From the NCBI RefSeq assembly GCF_009914755.1, contig NC_060937.1: 64,000 nt of DNA; one strand, given 5' to 3'. The notes beneath the pieces were generated by a model, which was not told the origin of the DNA, did not search any database, and worked only from the letters and a program-made list of their open reading frames with translations. The translations under genes were made by a program, and so were the position numbers. How positions within the stretch are numbered: the stretch's first letter is position 1; each line of letters opens with the position of its first letter. The stretch is from the human T2T-CHM13v2.0 reference genome, Homo sapiens. Of this stretch, positions 1 through 19,369 are shown piece by piece.

Positions 1-24
1 AAAAACAAGACTCCTAACTGATGA

Positions 25-243
<219 letters not shown>

Positions 244-313
244 TGAGATTACAGGCATAAACCACCATGTCTGGCCAATAATAGTACAGTTTGTTATTTT
301 ATTTTTTTGATAA

Positions 314-863
<550 letters not shown>

Positions 864-1039
864 TGATCCGCCCACCTCAGCCTCCCAAAGTGCTGGGATT
901 ACAGGTGTGAGCCACCGTGCCCAGCCTAATAGTACATTTTAAATAGAAGGAAATGAACTTTTCGTTTGTCCATTGTGCAGACAGGTAACACAGAATTCAC
1001 ATTGCGATAGCAAACCTAGCTCCTAAAACAGTGTGGAAT

Positions 1040-1285
1040 CAAAACAAAGGACAGGAGGAATAAGTCCAAGTGCTGTGCTGAAGAGCACAGTGTCCATAGT
1101 CAACAGCAACCACCGCAGCCCTAAAAATCACTACGAGAGTAGATTTCAAGTGTCCTCACCACAAAAACTGATGACTATGTATTAGCCAATTTAACCATTC
1201 CTCAGTGTATACGTATTTCAGAACATTGTGCTGTACATGATGAATATATATAATTTTTGTCAAAAATAAATTTTTAAAAAACAAA
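1040..1285 (+). mobile_element. Old L1M 3' end fragment
   Basis: GAGAGTAGATTTCAAGTGTCCTCACCACAAAAA and an A-rich end typical of L1MA 3' UTRs. Confidence 0.7.
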
Positions 1286-1597
1286 ACTTGATGACACCTA
1301 CTGCCTCAAAACAGACTCTCACCAAGCCCCCCATGACTGTGGCCACCTGCATCAGAATACAGGTACCTGTGACACAAGGTGAGTTAGAGAACCATCTAGG
1401 GCTTCCAGGTGCCAGGACCTCACCAGACTCATTTTATTATTATTATTTTTTTTTTGAGATAGCTCTCACACAGGCTGGAGCTAATTTTTTTTTCTTTTTC
1501 TTTTGAGAAACAGGGTCTCCCTATGTTGCCAGGCTGATCTCAAACTCCTGGCCTCAAGGGATCCTCCTGCCTTAGCTTCCCAAATTGCTGGGATTAG

Positions 1598-1996
<399 letters not shown>

Positions 1997-2332
1997 TAGT
2001 AAGCCCATGTCCCCACATCATTTGCCTGAACTATACAGCATCGCCATGCACTATGCATGCATCTTCAGCCACCATGTTTGGGATATTTCATCCCAAGAAC
2101 AAGCTGGACTGGATGTTGTGAAATATTCACTTGGAACAACTAACAGGTATCATATGCTACATCAAATACGAGGTGCACTCATCCCCCACAACAGTGAACT
2201 CCACTTGTGAACTGCACCCACTGATGAGTTTCAGTTCCATTTGGACACCTAAAGTCTGCCTATCACAACCCCCACCTAGCCTCCTCCTTTCACAGGACAG
2301 GGAGAAATGGCTTATTCACTCCAGCCATGTAA

Positions 2333-2812
<480 letters not shown>

Positions 2813-3874
2813 TGATCTGCCTGCCTCCACTCCCAAAGTGCTGGGATTACAGGCCTGGGCCACCACCCCCAGCCCGCATTTTTTTCTTAATGACAAAAAG
2901 AATGCAGACATGCAGCATGGCATTCTCCGTGCCAGAGTGTGCCAGCAAACCTCAGAGCTCGCCTTCTTTCCAGGGCCCTGGTCCACACCAGCTCAGTCTC
3001 CACCGCTGCCACTCCTCACCTGCTCTGGCAGCCCTATACCCAGGGAGATTTCAAATCCTGCACTGCACTGGGGTAACTAGGAGCACACTAAACCCAGAGT
3101 CTCTAGCTTGCCCTTCAGCTTCCTCTTCCAATCCCCCTAACCCCATTGACTATTTATAGACACCAGTCAACACCAAGCTGTTTGAAGACAACAGGCCAGA
3201 AGAAATTCTAAGGGCTGCTGTTTCCTCCTACCTTCCTGAGAGCTGCCTTCCAGAACTTCAAGCAAGAGAATTATTGAAACACATCTCACTGATTTATTAT
3301 TGATTGTCTCTTGGGCAGGCACAGGAAGTACCAAGCAGAGAAGGCAGGCATCACTTTGTGGTCACTGGAAAACTTTCATGCGTCTGCCCAGGTCCCAACT
3401 TTATGCCACAAACAGAAGAACCAAAAAGAGAAAACAAAAGTTCTGAGGCTTAGAGGTGCACTGGAGGGAAAGGGCCTGCTGAGACAGGGGTGCGTGCAGG
3501 AGCTGCAGCAGGAATGGGAGCTAAACCGGAAGCTTGCTAGGAAGGCGGTGGCCCAGGGAAGGAGGAGGAGGCCTTCTTGGGAACGAAGCCAAGGTCTGCT
3601 GTCCGGGTGTGGGGTCCAGAAAAATCTCACCAGTCCACATGAATAAGAGCCCACCAGCAGAAAGACGAACACGGCTCCCAGCTCAGGAAACAGTGACGGG
3701 GATGACCAAGACAAGCAGACCCTTATCCTTTGGGCAGAAGCCCAGCGACACACCTGGGCAAAAACATGTCACCAGAGAAGGAACACTGGGCAGCCAGGAT
3801 GTTGCCACTGCCAGCAAGGCCGTCAGAACCACCCATCCATGGGAGAAAACAAGACATCTTGGGGAAGAAAAATC

Positions 3875-4120
3875 AGCACACGCATCCACACACACAGACA
3901 CACACACACAGAGACACACACAGACTCATACACATAAAACACAGAGACACACACAAAGACACACATATAAACACACAGACACACACACACCTACACAAAC
4001 ACACACACAAACACACAGACACACACAGACGTACACAGGTACATATACATAAAACACAGAGACACACACAAAGACACACACATAGACACAAAGACACACA
4101 CAGACACACATACACACACC
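3875..4120. repeat. Degenerate (CA)-rich simple repeat
   Basis: CACACAGA/CACACAAA variants with an internal larger-unit duplication (ATACA..AAAACACAGAGACACACACAAAGACACACA). Confidence 0.9.
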
Positions 4121-4766
4121 ATGAGAAAAGAAAAATGGCAACTTGCCACCTGACAACCCCCAAATAAGGCAGAGACGACGCCTCTTTCAACCAGACCTAG
4201 GAGGCCTCTTCCCCAAGACCGTTTGTTGTGGGCTGATTTCTATTTCCTGGCGCAATTTATTTGGGAAAAGAGGCCTTTCATCGTCGCTAGTCTAGGAATT
4301 GGCCAGAACCATACAGACAATAATAAGCAATACGAGCCTGATTCTGCAGAATCTGGAAAACGCCTCTAGGCTGTCACTCAGTATTTCCTTCCTGCTCGCC
4401 AGAATCCTCCATCTTTTGTTGATTAGCTTGGATGAGCCGCTTCTTAGGATGAGGAATTCAATCCAGCAGGAGATCCCGCAGGCCTCTCATGCCCCGAGAA
4501 TCGCACAGGTGTGTTTGGGCGGCGTACTCTCCACGTGTACTGGGGGAGGGGCATTGTTTTTCTCTGTGGCAGACACGGTCCAGGTGCTTGTGTTTTTCTA
4601 CTAACTCTTACTCTCCCATCCCCAGCGAGGCATCACTCATACTTTGCCTGACCTGTGTATGAAAGGCAGTAACACCCCTCTCAGGGAACTTGTCAAACCC
4701 AGGGCACTTTCAGACCACTGGATAGACATGAGATAAATCAAGTATTCCGGAATAAAAAAACATTTG

Positions 4767-5199
<433 letters not shown>

Positions 5200-5340
5200 T
5201 AATCCACCTGCCTCAGCCTCCCAAAGTGCTGGGATTACAAGCGTGAGCCACCGTGCCTGGCCTGACCCTGTCTCTTAAATTTAAAAATAATAATAATAAA
5301 AATAAAAGATTTGGATGTTCTGTGAGATATATGTCTTTGA

Positions 5341-5677
<337 letters not shown>

Positions 5678-5700
5678 TAATTTTTTTTAAAAGACACAGA

Positions 5701-6072
5701 GTTCAGCCATAAAAGAGGAGATCCTGCCATTTGCAATAACTTGGAGGACATTATGTTAAGTGAAACAAGCCAGACACAGACAACGACTGTATGCTCTTAC
5801 TCACATATGGGAGCTAAAGAAGTTGAACTCATGGAAGCAAAGAGTAGAACAGTGGTTGCGAGGGGATAGGCCATAGGGAAACGTTGGTCAAAGGGTACAA
5901 ACTTTCAGTTACAGAAGTTGCTGAGTAAGTTCTGAGGCTCTAATGTACAGCATGAGTGGCGATGGATGTGTTCATTCATTTGGTTGTGGTCATCATTACG
6001 CAATGTATACATATATCAAATTGTTACAATGTAAACCTTGAATATATGCAACCTTTATTTGACAAATAAATA
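5701..6072 (+). mobile_element. Old L1MA/MB 3' end fragment
   Basis: TTCAGCCATAAAA...ATCCTGCCATTTGCAA...GGACATTATGTTAAGTGAAA...GGGTACAAACTTTCAGTT. Confidence 0.8.
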
Positions 6073-6122
6073 TTTTTATTTATTTATTTTGAGACAACAG
6101 TCTCACTCTGTCACCCAGGCTA

Positions 6123-6334
<212 letters not shown>

Positions 6335-6734
6335 CTATTGCCAAAAAAGAAAAAAAAGTTAATATTTAAAAAAACAATAAGATGGGCCAGGCATGGTGGC
6401 TCACACCTGTAATCCCAGCAATTCGGAATGTCAAGGCGGGCAGATCACCTGAGCTCAGGAGTTGGAGACCAGCCTGGGCAACATGGCGCAACCCCATATC
6501 TACAAAAAAATACGCAAAAATTAACCAGGCGTGGTGGTGCATGCCTGTAGTTCCAGCTACTCAGAGGCTGAGGTAGGAGGATCACTTGAGCCTGGGAGGC
6601 AGAGGCTGCAGTAAGCCGAGATCACACCACTGCATTACAGCCTGGGTGACAGAGTGAGACCCTGTCTAAAAAAAATTAAAAAAAAGATGACCACAGGAGA
6701 ACAAGCGTGGAAAGATGTAGAAATTGTTCGGGGC

Positions 6735-7123
6735 TGTATTAGTTTATTTTTATACTGTTATAAAGAAATACTCGAGACTGGGTAATTTATAAAGGAAAGA
6801 GGTTTCATTGACTCAGTTCGACATGACTGGGAGGCCTCAGGAAACTTACAATCATGGCAGAAGGTCAAGGGGAAGCAGGCACCTTCTTCACAAGGCAGCA
6901 GGAGAGAGAGAAGTGAGAATGCAGTAAAAAAAATTACCACTTTTAAAACCATCAGATCTCGTGAGAACTCACTCACTATCACGAGAACAGCATGGCGGAG
7001 ACCACCCCCATGATACATCACCTTTCTCCCTTGAAACGTGGGGATTACAGGTCCCTCTCTTGACATGTGGGAATTACAATTCCAGATGAGATTTGGGTGG
7101 GGACACAGAGCCAAACAGTATCA
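6735..7123 (-). mobile_element. MaLR solo LTR (MSTA/THE1D-like)
   Basis: TG...CA termini; minus strand begins TGATACTGTTTGGCTCTGTGTCCCCACCCAAATCTC; near-TSD ggggc/gggac. Confidence 0.9.
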
Positions 7124-8269
7124 GGGACTATTTTGCTTGTTTGCTTCCAAGGACAGTTTTCACAGCAAACTCAGGGGTACTTTAATAAAAAGGGAATTCT
7201 AAAGAAAGGGTGTTATCACCAGCAATGTCCTCATAAATAAAGTGGTTTTGCCAATAGATGGCTGTTGCCTGGTTCTCCCAAAAGCACTGCCCTGTAGCAC
7301 AGAATCGCTGATCAGAAATGTTCAGAGACAAAAGGAGGAGAGGAAGGAGAGAAAGAGGATGGCATATACTGAAGGCTTATAGGCAGCACCAGCTGTTTTC
7401 CATGAATGTCTACATTTCATACAGGAGGTGGCTACGTATTATAGCCTTTTTTTTTTTTTTTTTTGAGTTTCACTCTGTTGCCCAGGCTGGAGTGCAGTGG
7501 CGCAATCTCGGCTCACTGAAACCTCCGCCCCCTGGGTTCAAGTGATTCTCCTGCCTCAGCCTCCCGAGTTGCTGGGATTACAGGTGCGCACCACAACACC
7601 CGGCTAATTTTTGTATTTTTAGTAGAGACGGGGTTTCTCCGTGTTGGCCAGGCTGGTCTCAAACTCCTGACCTCAAGTGATCCGCCTGCCTCAGCCTCCC
7701 AAAGTGCTGGGATTAAAAGTGTGAGCCACTGTGCCCGGTTATTAAATGATGAAGAAACTGAGTCTCACAGAGAGCAAATACTTTGTCCAAGGTCATGTGA
7801 TGAAGACCTGATTTGTCTGTCTCCAGAGCCCAGGCTTTGTGCAAAATCATTTTGTCCCTCAACCTACAAAACCACGAAAGTGACAGCCAATGTTCCAGAA
7901 CGCTAAAGTAGGCAGAATTTTTCTACCCTCTTTTGAGTGTTTGACTGCAATACAACCAGGTTGGAAAAGTGACCTCCAATGTATTCCCAGAGCTGAGATC
8001 CACCTGCCGCCCTGGAATGCTGTAGAAATGGGCCACAGGTTGCCAAGACCCGGAGTACCCCCCAGCCATTGGGGTGGCCAGGGTGCAGCCTGGGACACTG
8101 GAGTCCCTGGGCCCATGCCCCTTGGAGTGTGAGCAGCTTTGTCATTTCCCTGTGGTGCCAGAAAGCATCACTTCTGTGGGTGTCTCAGATGACGAACACT
8201 GGGGAGCAGTCTGCCTTGGGCTCCAAAGGCAACTGCCTAGATGAAAACACCAATGCCAGCACTTCAGAG

Positions 8270-8520
<251 letters not shown>

Positions 8521-9296
8521 TTACATAAATAAATTTTTAAGATAAAATTTAAAAATTACCCATACATGGTGGCGTGAACCTGTAGTCACAGCTACTCAGG
8601 AGTGAGGTGGGAGGATCACTTGAGCCCAGGAGTTCAAGGCTGCAGTGAGTTATGATCACACCAGTGCACTCCAGCCTGGATTACAGAGTGAGACCCTACA
8701 GCTAAAAAAGGAAAAAGAAAAGATAAAAAACACAGGGCTCTCAGTATACTCTCCAGTAGCAATCACTCAACAATCATTAGCTGAGCCAATGGGTATGGCC
8801 ACACAGCTATGCATGCTGCAACTCCAAGGCACCATTCATGTTGTTGACTATGCTGTGAACAGCGCCCCCTGGACCTTGACCATTAGCTTTGTGTTTTCAC
8901 CAAGTGCCCCTCACAGGTAAGCTCCAATTTACTTATCCTGCCTCATTACCTGCTATTAGCTCCCCAATCCTCAGCCCAGTGAACCTGTCACCCTGCGCTC
9001 AAACATAAGGACCCATTCATTGACAAGCCCTTGATCTTCACAAGTGCTCCTTCTGCCTGGAACATTCCTCTGACTCCTGCCTAGTACCACTTTTATTCAT
9101 CCTTTAAGGCTCCTCCTAAAAGTCACCAGGTCTCAGAAGCTTTCTCGCAAGCAGGGTTGCTCTGTCCTCACTCTTCTGGAGCACTCTGTAAATATTAGAA
9201 ACTGAGCACAGTTTTGTGCGGCTCACACAGTTCATCTGCATACAAGCCTCCTTTGCTGAGTTAACTGTGAGTTCCTTGTGGTGGGATGGAATCTTA

Positions 9297-9509
<213 letters not shown>

Positions 9510-10794
9510 CTACTATTTAAAAAAAAAGAAAGTTCAGAATACCAGCACCCAGACCAACTTCAGGATCCAGAAAATACCATTGCCCACATCTGAGTACATC
9601 TTAGTGCCCTGAGAATGGCACTAAACACACCAAAAGGTGACGGGGCCTCTGAAAGATTGGGGCGTTAACGTATGTTCCCTGACATAACCAAGACAACAGA
9701 CTGTACGATTATCTACACTGGGCTTTGATATGTGAGAATAAAAACCAGGACATGTAGCCCAGTTTCTCTTTTGAAATTCCTCCCGTCATTCAATTTGAAT
9801 CTCATGTCTCTATGCTTTGTTTCAAACTAAATATCAAAAGTCTTCACTTCTGTTATCTCCCTGACAGTTCTTCAATACACTGTATTAAAAACTCTCTGAG
9901 GACCAAAAAAAAAAATACCCTTTTTTTTTTTTTTTTTTTTGAGATGGAGTCTCGCTATCTCCCAGGCTGGAGTGCAGTGGCACGATCTCGGCTCACTGCA
10001 AGCTCTGCCTCCTGGGATCATGCCATTCTCCTGCCTCAGCTTCCTGAGTAGCTGGGACTACAGGCATGTGCCACCACGCCCAGCTTTCTTTATTATTTTT
10101 ATTTTTATTTTTTTTAGTAGAGACAGGGTTTCACCGTGTTAGCCAGGATGGTCTCGATCTCCTGACCTCATGATCCACCTGCCTTGGCCTCCCAAAGTGC
10201 TGGGATTACAGGCGTGAGCCACCGCGCCTGGCCAAAAAAAATGCACTTTCAAGTGATGTTTAGGAGCCCACCGCCCCTTGACGTTCTTCATTTCTGAACC
10301 TCTTGGATGCTTCATTAGACAAAGAAAAGTGCCAAGATGCGTTGCTTTTGTGCTAAATACTTAGAATGGATTCCTCTGTCTTATGGAGAAAACAATACAT
10401 ACCCAGATGTCTGACAATAGTCACATAATTCATACCTAATGCCAGTGGGCCACTCCATGTATCTGCACAAACTATCACACACATCACATGTCATTTCCAT
10501 GCACAGTAATTACAGAAAATTACAGTATTTCCCTTTGCCAAAATACCCTCTCCTTACCTGCCTATCTCACTACATTGGGTAGCGACAGGACACCAATCTA
10601 ATAGAAACTGTTTCCCTTTGCTCTTCTTTGGGTTATGTAAACAAGCTACAACTCAGGAGCAGGATTTCTGGGTTATTCAAATGCTTCTCTTGTAAATGTC
10701 ATTCATTCATTCATTCACTTAGCTAATATTCATTGAGAATCTACTATGGATCCTACAAAGTCATTGATGAAAGAAATCCCTGCTTAGCCTCTGC

Positions 10795-12080
10795 ATCAGG
10801 ACTTCTCAACCTCAGCACTGTTGTTTGTTTGTTTGTTTGTTTTGAGATGGAGTTTCGCTCTTGTCGCCCAGGCTAGAGTGCAATGGCGCAATCTCGGCTC
10901 CCCACAACCTCCGCCTCGTGGGTTCAAGCGATTCTTCTGCCTCAGCCTCCTGAGTAGCCGGGATTAAAGGCATGTGCCACCACGCCCGGCTATTTTTGTA
11001 TTTTTAGTAGAGTTTCTCCATGTTGATCAGCCTGGTCTCAAACTCCCGACCTCAGGTGATCTGCCTGCCTTGGCCTCCCAAAGTGCTGGGATTATAGGCA
11101 TGAGCCACGCGCCCGGCCAACCTCAGCACTGCTGATGTTTGGGGTCAGGGGTGCTCTGTAGGATGCTCAACAGCATCTCCGGCCTCTACCTGCTGGAGGT
11201 ACCTCCACCCACTAGAGATGCCAGTAGCACCTCCACCCAGGTGTGACAATCAAAAATGTCTCCAGAAGACAATAAAAAAGATTAGCGGTTGTCCAGGCTC
11301 AGTGGCTTACACCTGTAATCCCAGCACTTCGGGAGGCCAAGGTGGAAGCATTGCCTAAGCCCAGGAATTCAAGACCAGCCTGGGCAACACGGCAAGACCC
11401 TGTCTTTACAAAAAATAATTTTTAAGAATTAGCTAGACGTGTTGACATGTGCCTATACCTACTTAGCTACTCAGGAGGCTGAAGTGGGAGGATCACTTAA
11501 GCCCAGGAGTTCCAGGCTGCAGTGAGCCATGGTTGTGCCACTGCACTCCAGTCTGGGTGACAGAGTGAGACCCTATCTCAAAAAAAAAAACAAAACAAAG
11601 ATCAGTGGTTGCCAAGGGTTGGGGGGAGGAGGGATGAATAGGCAGAGCACAGAGGATTTTTAGAGCTTTGAAACTATTCTGAATGACGCTATACTGGTGG
11701 ACATATGGGACATGTATATAACTGCCAAAACCCAGAGAAAGTACAACACCGAGAGTCAGCCTGAATGTAAACCGTGCTCTGTGGGTGACAGCGACGTGTC
11801 GGCGCAGCTTCACCAGTTGTAACAAATGCCCCACTCTGGTGGGGGATGTTGATAGTAGGAGGGGCTTGGGGCCAAGCAGGGAAGTATATGGGAACTCTCT
11901 ATACCTTCTGCTTCACTTTGCTGTGAACCTAAAACTGCTCTCCATAAATAAAGTCTATTTTTTAAATGATTAATTTTAAGCGAGAGAAAGGTCTCTAGAC
12001 AGTGCTAAATATCCCTGGGGGAAAGGGAGCAAATTATTTTTTACCCTGGTATAGACATTATTCTGCTCTCGACAACCACA
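10795..12080. mobile_element. MER20 DNA transposon split by Alu and L1MC insertions
   Basis: TTCTCAACCTCAGCACT / GATGCCAGTAGCAC...GTGACAATCAAAAATGTCTCCAGA / resumes TCTAGACAGTGCTAAATATCCCTGGGGG at ~11994. Confidence 0.75.
11266..11975 (+). mobile_element. L1MC-type 3' end, interrupted by an Alu
   Basis: TTGTAACAAATGCCCCACTCTGGTGGGGGATGTTGATAG...TGTGAACCTAAAACTGCTCT...AATAAAGTCTAT. Confidence 0.8.
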
Positions 12081-12084
12081 TTTT

Positions 12085-13225
<1,141 letters not shown>

Positions 13226-15249
13226 CTTGAAATGCGATCGTTTTTCCCATCACTTTTTACAACAGAACGTGTGAGGTCGGGGTGAATTACTTGCTAGGCT
13301 AGCGGCAGACAGAGGGCAGTTGCCCTGTGGCTGCTCAGCTCTGGGCCGCAGCAGCAGACAACTGAGGGCTTCCATCTGCCCTCTGCCGTGCTCTGCCTAG
13401 GGCAAATTACTAAATCTCCCGACCAACCATTCAGTTTCCCACTGTACACAAAGAGGACGATGAAAACAGCTGGTTGCTTGGAGGCAGGACATGTGGTGCT
13501 CAGAGCACAGCTCCTGCTCACAGTGAATGGAGCATCAGTACCAGCTCTCCTGAGTCCTAAAGCAGCCCTGGAACACTCCCAGGCCTGGCCACCTTCTCCT
13601 CAGGACACGTGGTGCCACAGCAGACCCCGCGTGAAGCCAGCCCAGTGTCTAATCCTTCCTCCCCAGCTGCCCCATCCTGACCAAGTCTGCCCAGGAGAAC
13701 ACTCACCTCCCGCTGCCCTTGCAACTCGGCCTGGCCATGCCTCCCAATTCCAGCCAAGGAACCGAGAGAGAAAATGTGTAGGTGAGGCTGCTTTTCTTAA
13801 AACGATGTTTATTTCAGGGTTTGTTTGTTTGTTTGTTTGTTTGAGACTGAGTATCACTCGGTCATCCAGGCTGGAGTGCAGTGGTGTGATCTCGGCTCAC
13901 TGCAGCCTCCTCCTCCCAGATTCAAGTCATTCTCCCAACTCAGCCTCCTGAGTAGCTGGGACTACAGGCATTTGTCACTACAACCGGCTAATTTTTTTTT
14001 TTTCATATTTTTAGTACAGATGGGGTTTCACCATGTTGGCCAGGCTGGTCTCAAACTCCTGGCCTTAAGTAATCCGCCCCAATTCCCAAAGTGCTGGGAT
14101 TACAGGTGTGAGCCACTGCACCCTGCCTTTTATTTCAGTTTTTGAACAGGAAAGCACACATTTCAAAGTCCCAAGTACGAAAGGAGGTACGTGCACAGTT
14201 GGCTCGTTTCCCACCCCCGATCCCTTCTACCTGTCTCCCTCCTCTTCCAGCTTCACTTAAAGGCAAATATTTGCTTTTTTGTCTGCTTGTTTCCCTTGCA
14301 AATACAACCGAATGTGTGTGTGTCTATTTCCTTCCTTCTTTTCTTACCTATGAGGCTGCCTATCAGTACAGCTATATACTCTAGATCTCTACATGTTGTT
14401 CTTGTTCTTTATTACTTAATATTCTTGACTCTTGGAGATCACTCCATACCTGTATGCACAGTGCTCCTCATTTCTTTTTTACTGCACGGTATTTGGGGTT
14501 TTTTAGTTTTTAGAGACAGGGTCTCACTCTTCGCCCGTTCATAGTCCCACCGTGTTCCTCTGGCTGGTCTCGAAGAATTCCTGGGCTCAAGTAATCCTCC
14601 AGCCTCAGCCTCCCCAGGCACTGGGATTACAGGTGTGAGCCACGCACCTGGCCTCGCTGCACGGTATCTGATTGTGCAGCTATATTATAGATGATCCAAA
14701 CAGTCCCTTGTTGACGAATACTTGGTTTACTCCCAGTGTCTTACGATCATAAATAATGCCACAGTGAAGAATTTTGTGCATGAGCCATTTTGTATTTATG
14801 CCTATCTGATACCACTGGGGATAGATTTCTAGAAGTGGGATTGCCAGGTTGAAGGGTGATGATAAAATATGACTGGACTATATGTTGCCAAATTCTCTGC
14901 CATGGAATTGTACCATTTGCCTTTGGGAAGCCTTTTGTTTTCCCTTTGCTCTTTTTCCATCTCCTTTCTTCCTGCCTTCCTGCCGGAAGTTGATGCTGGA
15001 AAGTACAGCAGCCATCTCACAACTATCAGGCTGCAAGCCACTCCCATGAATACCAGAGCTGGAAACCAGAAGAGCTCCCCAAGGCCTCGCCAGCCCACCG
15101 GCTCAGCCCTCCACTAACTGCCACTAAGCTTCTTGCCAGGGGAGGAATACAAACCCCTCACCCGTACAGCCCTGGTTATTCAGCTGCCTATTACATACAG
15201 CCAAAGGCAATATAATAATTTAAATATTGAGTAAGTTTAATTGAATTAA

Positions 15250-15553
<304 letters not shown>

Positions 15554-15654
15554 AAATTAAACTTGTTAAACAGTGCTAACAATGTTTAAATTAGAGAATA
15601 TTAATTGGAAAGCCTGTAGCTCATTAGTGAGTTGGTACTTCCTACTGCAAGCTG

Positions 15655-15845
15655 AGCTGTCCAGTATGGTAGCCACTAGCCACGTGTGACCGTTTAAATT
15701 CAAGTTAAATAAAATTTAAAATCCAGTGCCTCAGTGGCACTAGCTACATTTCAAGAGTTCAGTGGGCGAGGATTCTTGTGGTTGCCATATTGGACAGTGC
15801 TTTATAGAACATCATCATGACGGCAGAAGGTTCTGCATTGCTGAT
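15655..15845. mobile_element. MER3-like hAT DNA transposon
   Basis: GCTGTCCAGTATGGTAGCCACTAGCCAC...CATATTGGACAG...TATAGAACAT palindromic core. Confidence 0.75.
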
Positions 15846-16134
15846 ATACAATTCAAGGTAGCACTAAGGGGTCACTCTAACTATTAATATTTAAGAGGCC
15901 AGGCACAGTGGCTCCTGCCTGTAATCCCAGAAATTTTGGGGGCTGAGGCGGGGGGATCACTTGAGTCCAGGAGGGAAAAAGAAAAGAAAAAAAAACATTA
16001 AAAAAATCTCCATCTTGCTGGGCGCGATGGCTCACACCTGTAATCCCAGCACTTTGGGAGGCCGAGGTGGGTGGATCACAAGGTCAGGAGATCAAGACCA
16101 TCGTGGCTAACATGGTGAAACCCCATTTCTACTA

Positions 16135-16365
<231 letters not shown>

Positions 16366-17729
16366 TTAGGCTTATCTATCAATTGGTAAATCCAAGATGT
16401 GATCCACCTCAGCTTCTTCCTTTTTTTTTTTTTTTTTTTTTTTTTGAGATGGAGTTTCGCTCTTGTTGTCCAGGCTGGAGTACAATGGTGTGATTTCCGC
16501 TCACTGCAACCCTGCCTCCCAGGTTCAAGTGATTCTCCAGCCTCAGCCTCCCAAGTAGCTGGAATTACAGGTGCCCACCACCATGCCCAGCTAATTTTTG
16601 TATTTTTAGTAGAGACGGGGTTTCGCCATGTTGGCCAGGCTTGTCTCGAAGTCCTGACCTCAGGTGATCCACCCTCCTCGGCTTCCCAAAGTGCTGGAAT
16701 TACAGGCATGAGCCACCGCGCCAGGCCAGCTTCTTCGATTATTAAAAAAAAAATAAATTCCCTGCAACTTGTTCCATCCTCATGAAGGGCATCTGTGCTG
16801 CAAAACCCAGCCCCACCAGCATTTCTCTCAAAGGTGTGGCTGTAACACAGTGCAAGTGCATCTTTCAGAAACAGAACTTATAGGCCAAGAATATACATAT
16901 ATGTGTAGACAAAACCAGGAAACACAATCCCCAGAAAGAATAAGCAGTATACTATAAAGAAGAGATGACTCCATCAATAAGGCAGAAAACAGCTTGGGAC
17001 TATGAAAATCACCAGAGGACATTTCCGGGTGGAGAGCTCACAGCGGTTGAGAGAAGGCTTCCCATCTCCACTTCAGTTCTGCAGAGAAAGGCAAGAACTG
17101 AGATGCAGAAAGCAAGGAGGACGTTAGCAAGTTTCTGAAGCTTTGGGGGTTTTCACACAGTGAGGATGCCCATATTGTGTGATGAGATAAAGTGAAATCA
17201 TCTGTCAGCCTGTCTGTTCGCATAGTTATGCTATTCATAGAAAATGTACCTCTTTCCCCATATAAAACACCATATGCCTCTTTTCTTACCTAATTAGGTG
17301 CAGACTATGTGGGTATCCTAGGGACCCATAACGTTTTCCCAGGTCTACGGCATGTAGTAGGAGGAAGCCATGCCGGTGACTCAAGTGGCTGTTTTGGGTC
17401 CTTCTGTAGAACATTCTTCAGAGATGTCAGAGCAATTGGAAACCATATTAATGAATAAATAAAAAATGAGTTTTGACTCCTGCCATCTACAGCACCATGA
17501 GAAAGGAAAGGAATGAAGATATCAGCATTTTTTGGACTCCAAAGACACCATTGCACACCTCTTCCTGCCTCCACCTGCTTACAGAGCCCGAGTTCCATGA
17601 TCCGCCCTTGTAATCACTACCTCACAACCACCCGTGACGCCCTTGCTGCCCCCTCCCTCGACAACCCTGTGTAACTCAGCCATCACCCACTCCGTGTCTG
17701 CACCTGAACACTGGTGGGAAAAACAACCT

Positions 17730-18240
<511 letters not shown>

Positions 18241-18273
18241 TTTAAAAAGACACTTGCTGGGCGCGGTGGCTCA

Positions 18274-18735
<462 letters not shown>

Positions 18736-19369
18736 TCAGTTTTTTCACTTTCCCACTCTCCAGATGACTATTTTACCCTTTCTCCTGTCTCCCTCCTACA
18801 CCCTTATCTCTTTCTTCCCCCAACCCTTCAGTGAGAACATTGGAGCAATCCCACAGAAGCCCCCTCATCTTCCCATCCACAAAGCTACAAGCCCACCCTT
18901 ACCTCCAGCCTTGGTCTATCCCTCCCTCTTGCTATTCGGGATGAAATGTCCTGCTCTTATTAAAAAAAAACCAGCCCGTTGAGGCCGGGCACAGTGGCTC
19001 ACACCTATAATCCCAACACTGTGGGAGGCCAACGTGGAAGGATCACTTGAGCCTAGGAGTCTGAGCTATAGTGAGCTATGATTGTGCCACTGTGCTCCAG
19101 CTTGGGGAACAGAGCAAGACCCTGTCTCAAAAAAACAAAAAACAAAAAACCCCGGCCTTCAAGGTGGTGGGAGTAGGGGGTAGGGGGCAGCTGCTTACTG
19201 GTTACAGAGTATTTGGGTTTGGGGTGATGAAAAGATGTTGGAACTAGCACAATATGGTCATACTATATTGTGAATGTAATTAATGCCACTATTGTGTACA
19301 CTTAAAAAGAGTCAAAATGCAAATTTCATGTTATATATATTTTACCACACAAAAAAAAAAATCTTTAAC

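Noticed and set aside
3534-4190. His/Thr- or Cys/Val-rich ORFs (similar ones at 33425-33842)
   Set aside because: Artefacts of CA- and TA/TG-type simple repeats.
8815-8880. CAGCGCCCCCTGG CTCF-like motif in an imperfect hairpin
   Set aside because: The 5' half of the CTCF core mismatches and it looks like a decayed DNA-transposon (MER91-like) remnant; insufficient to call.
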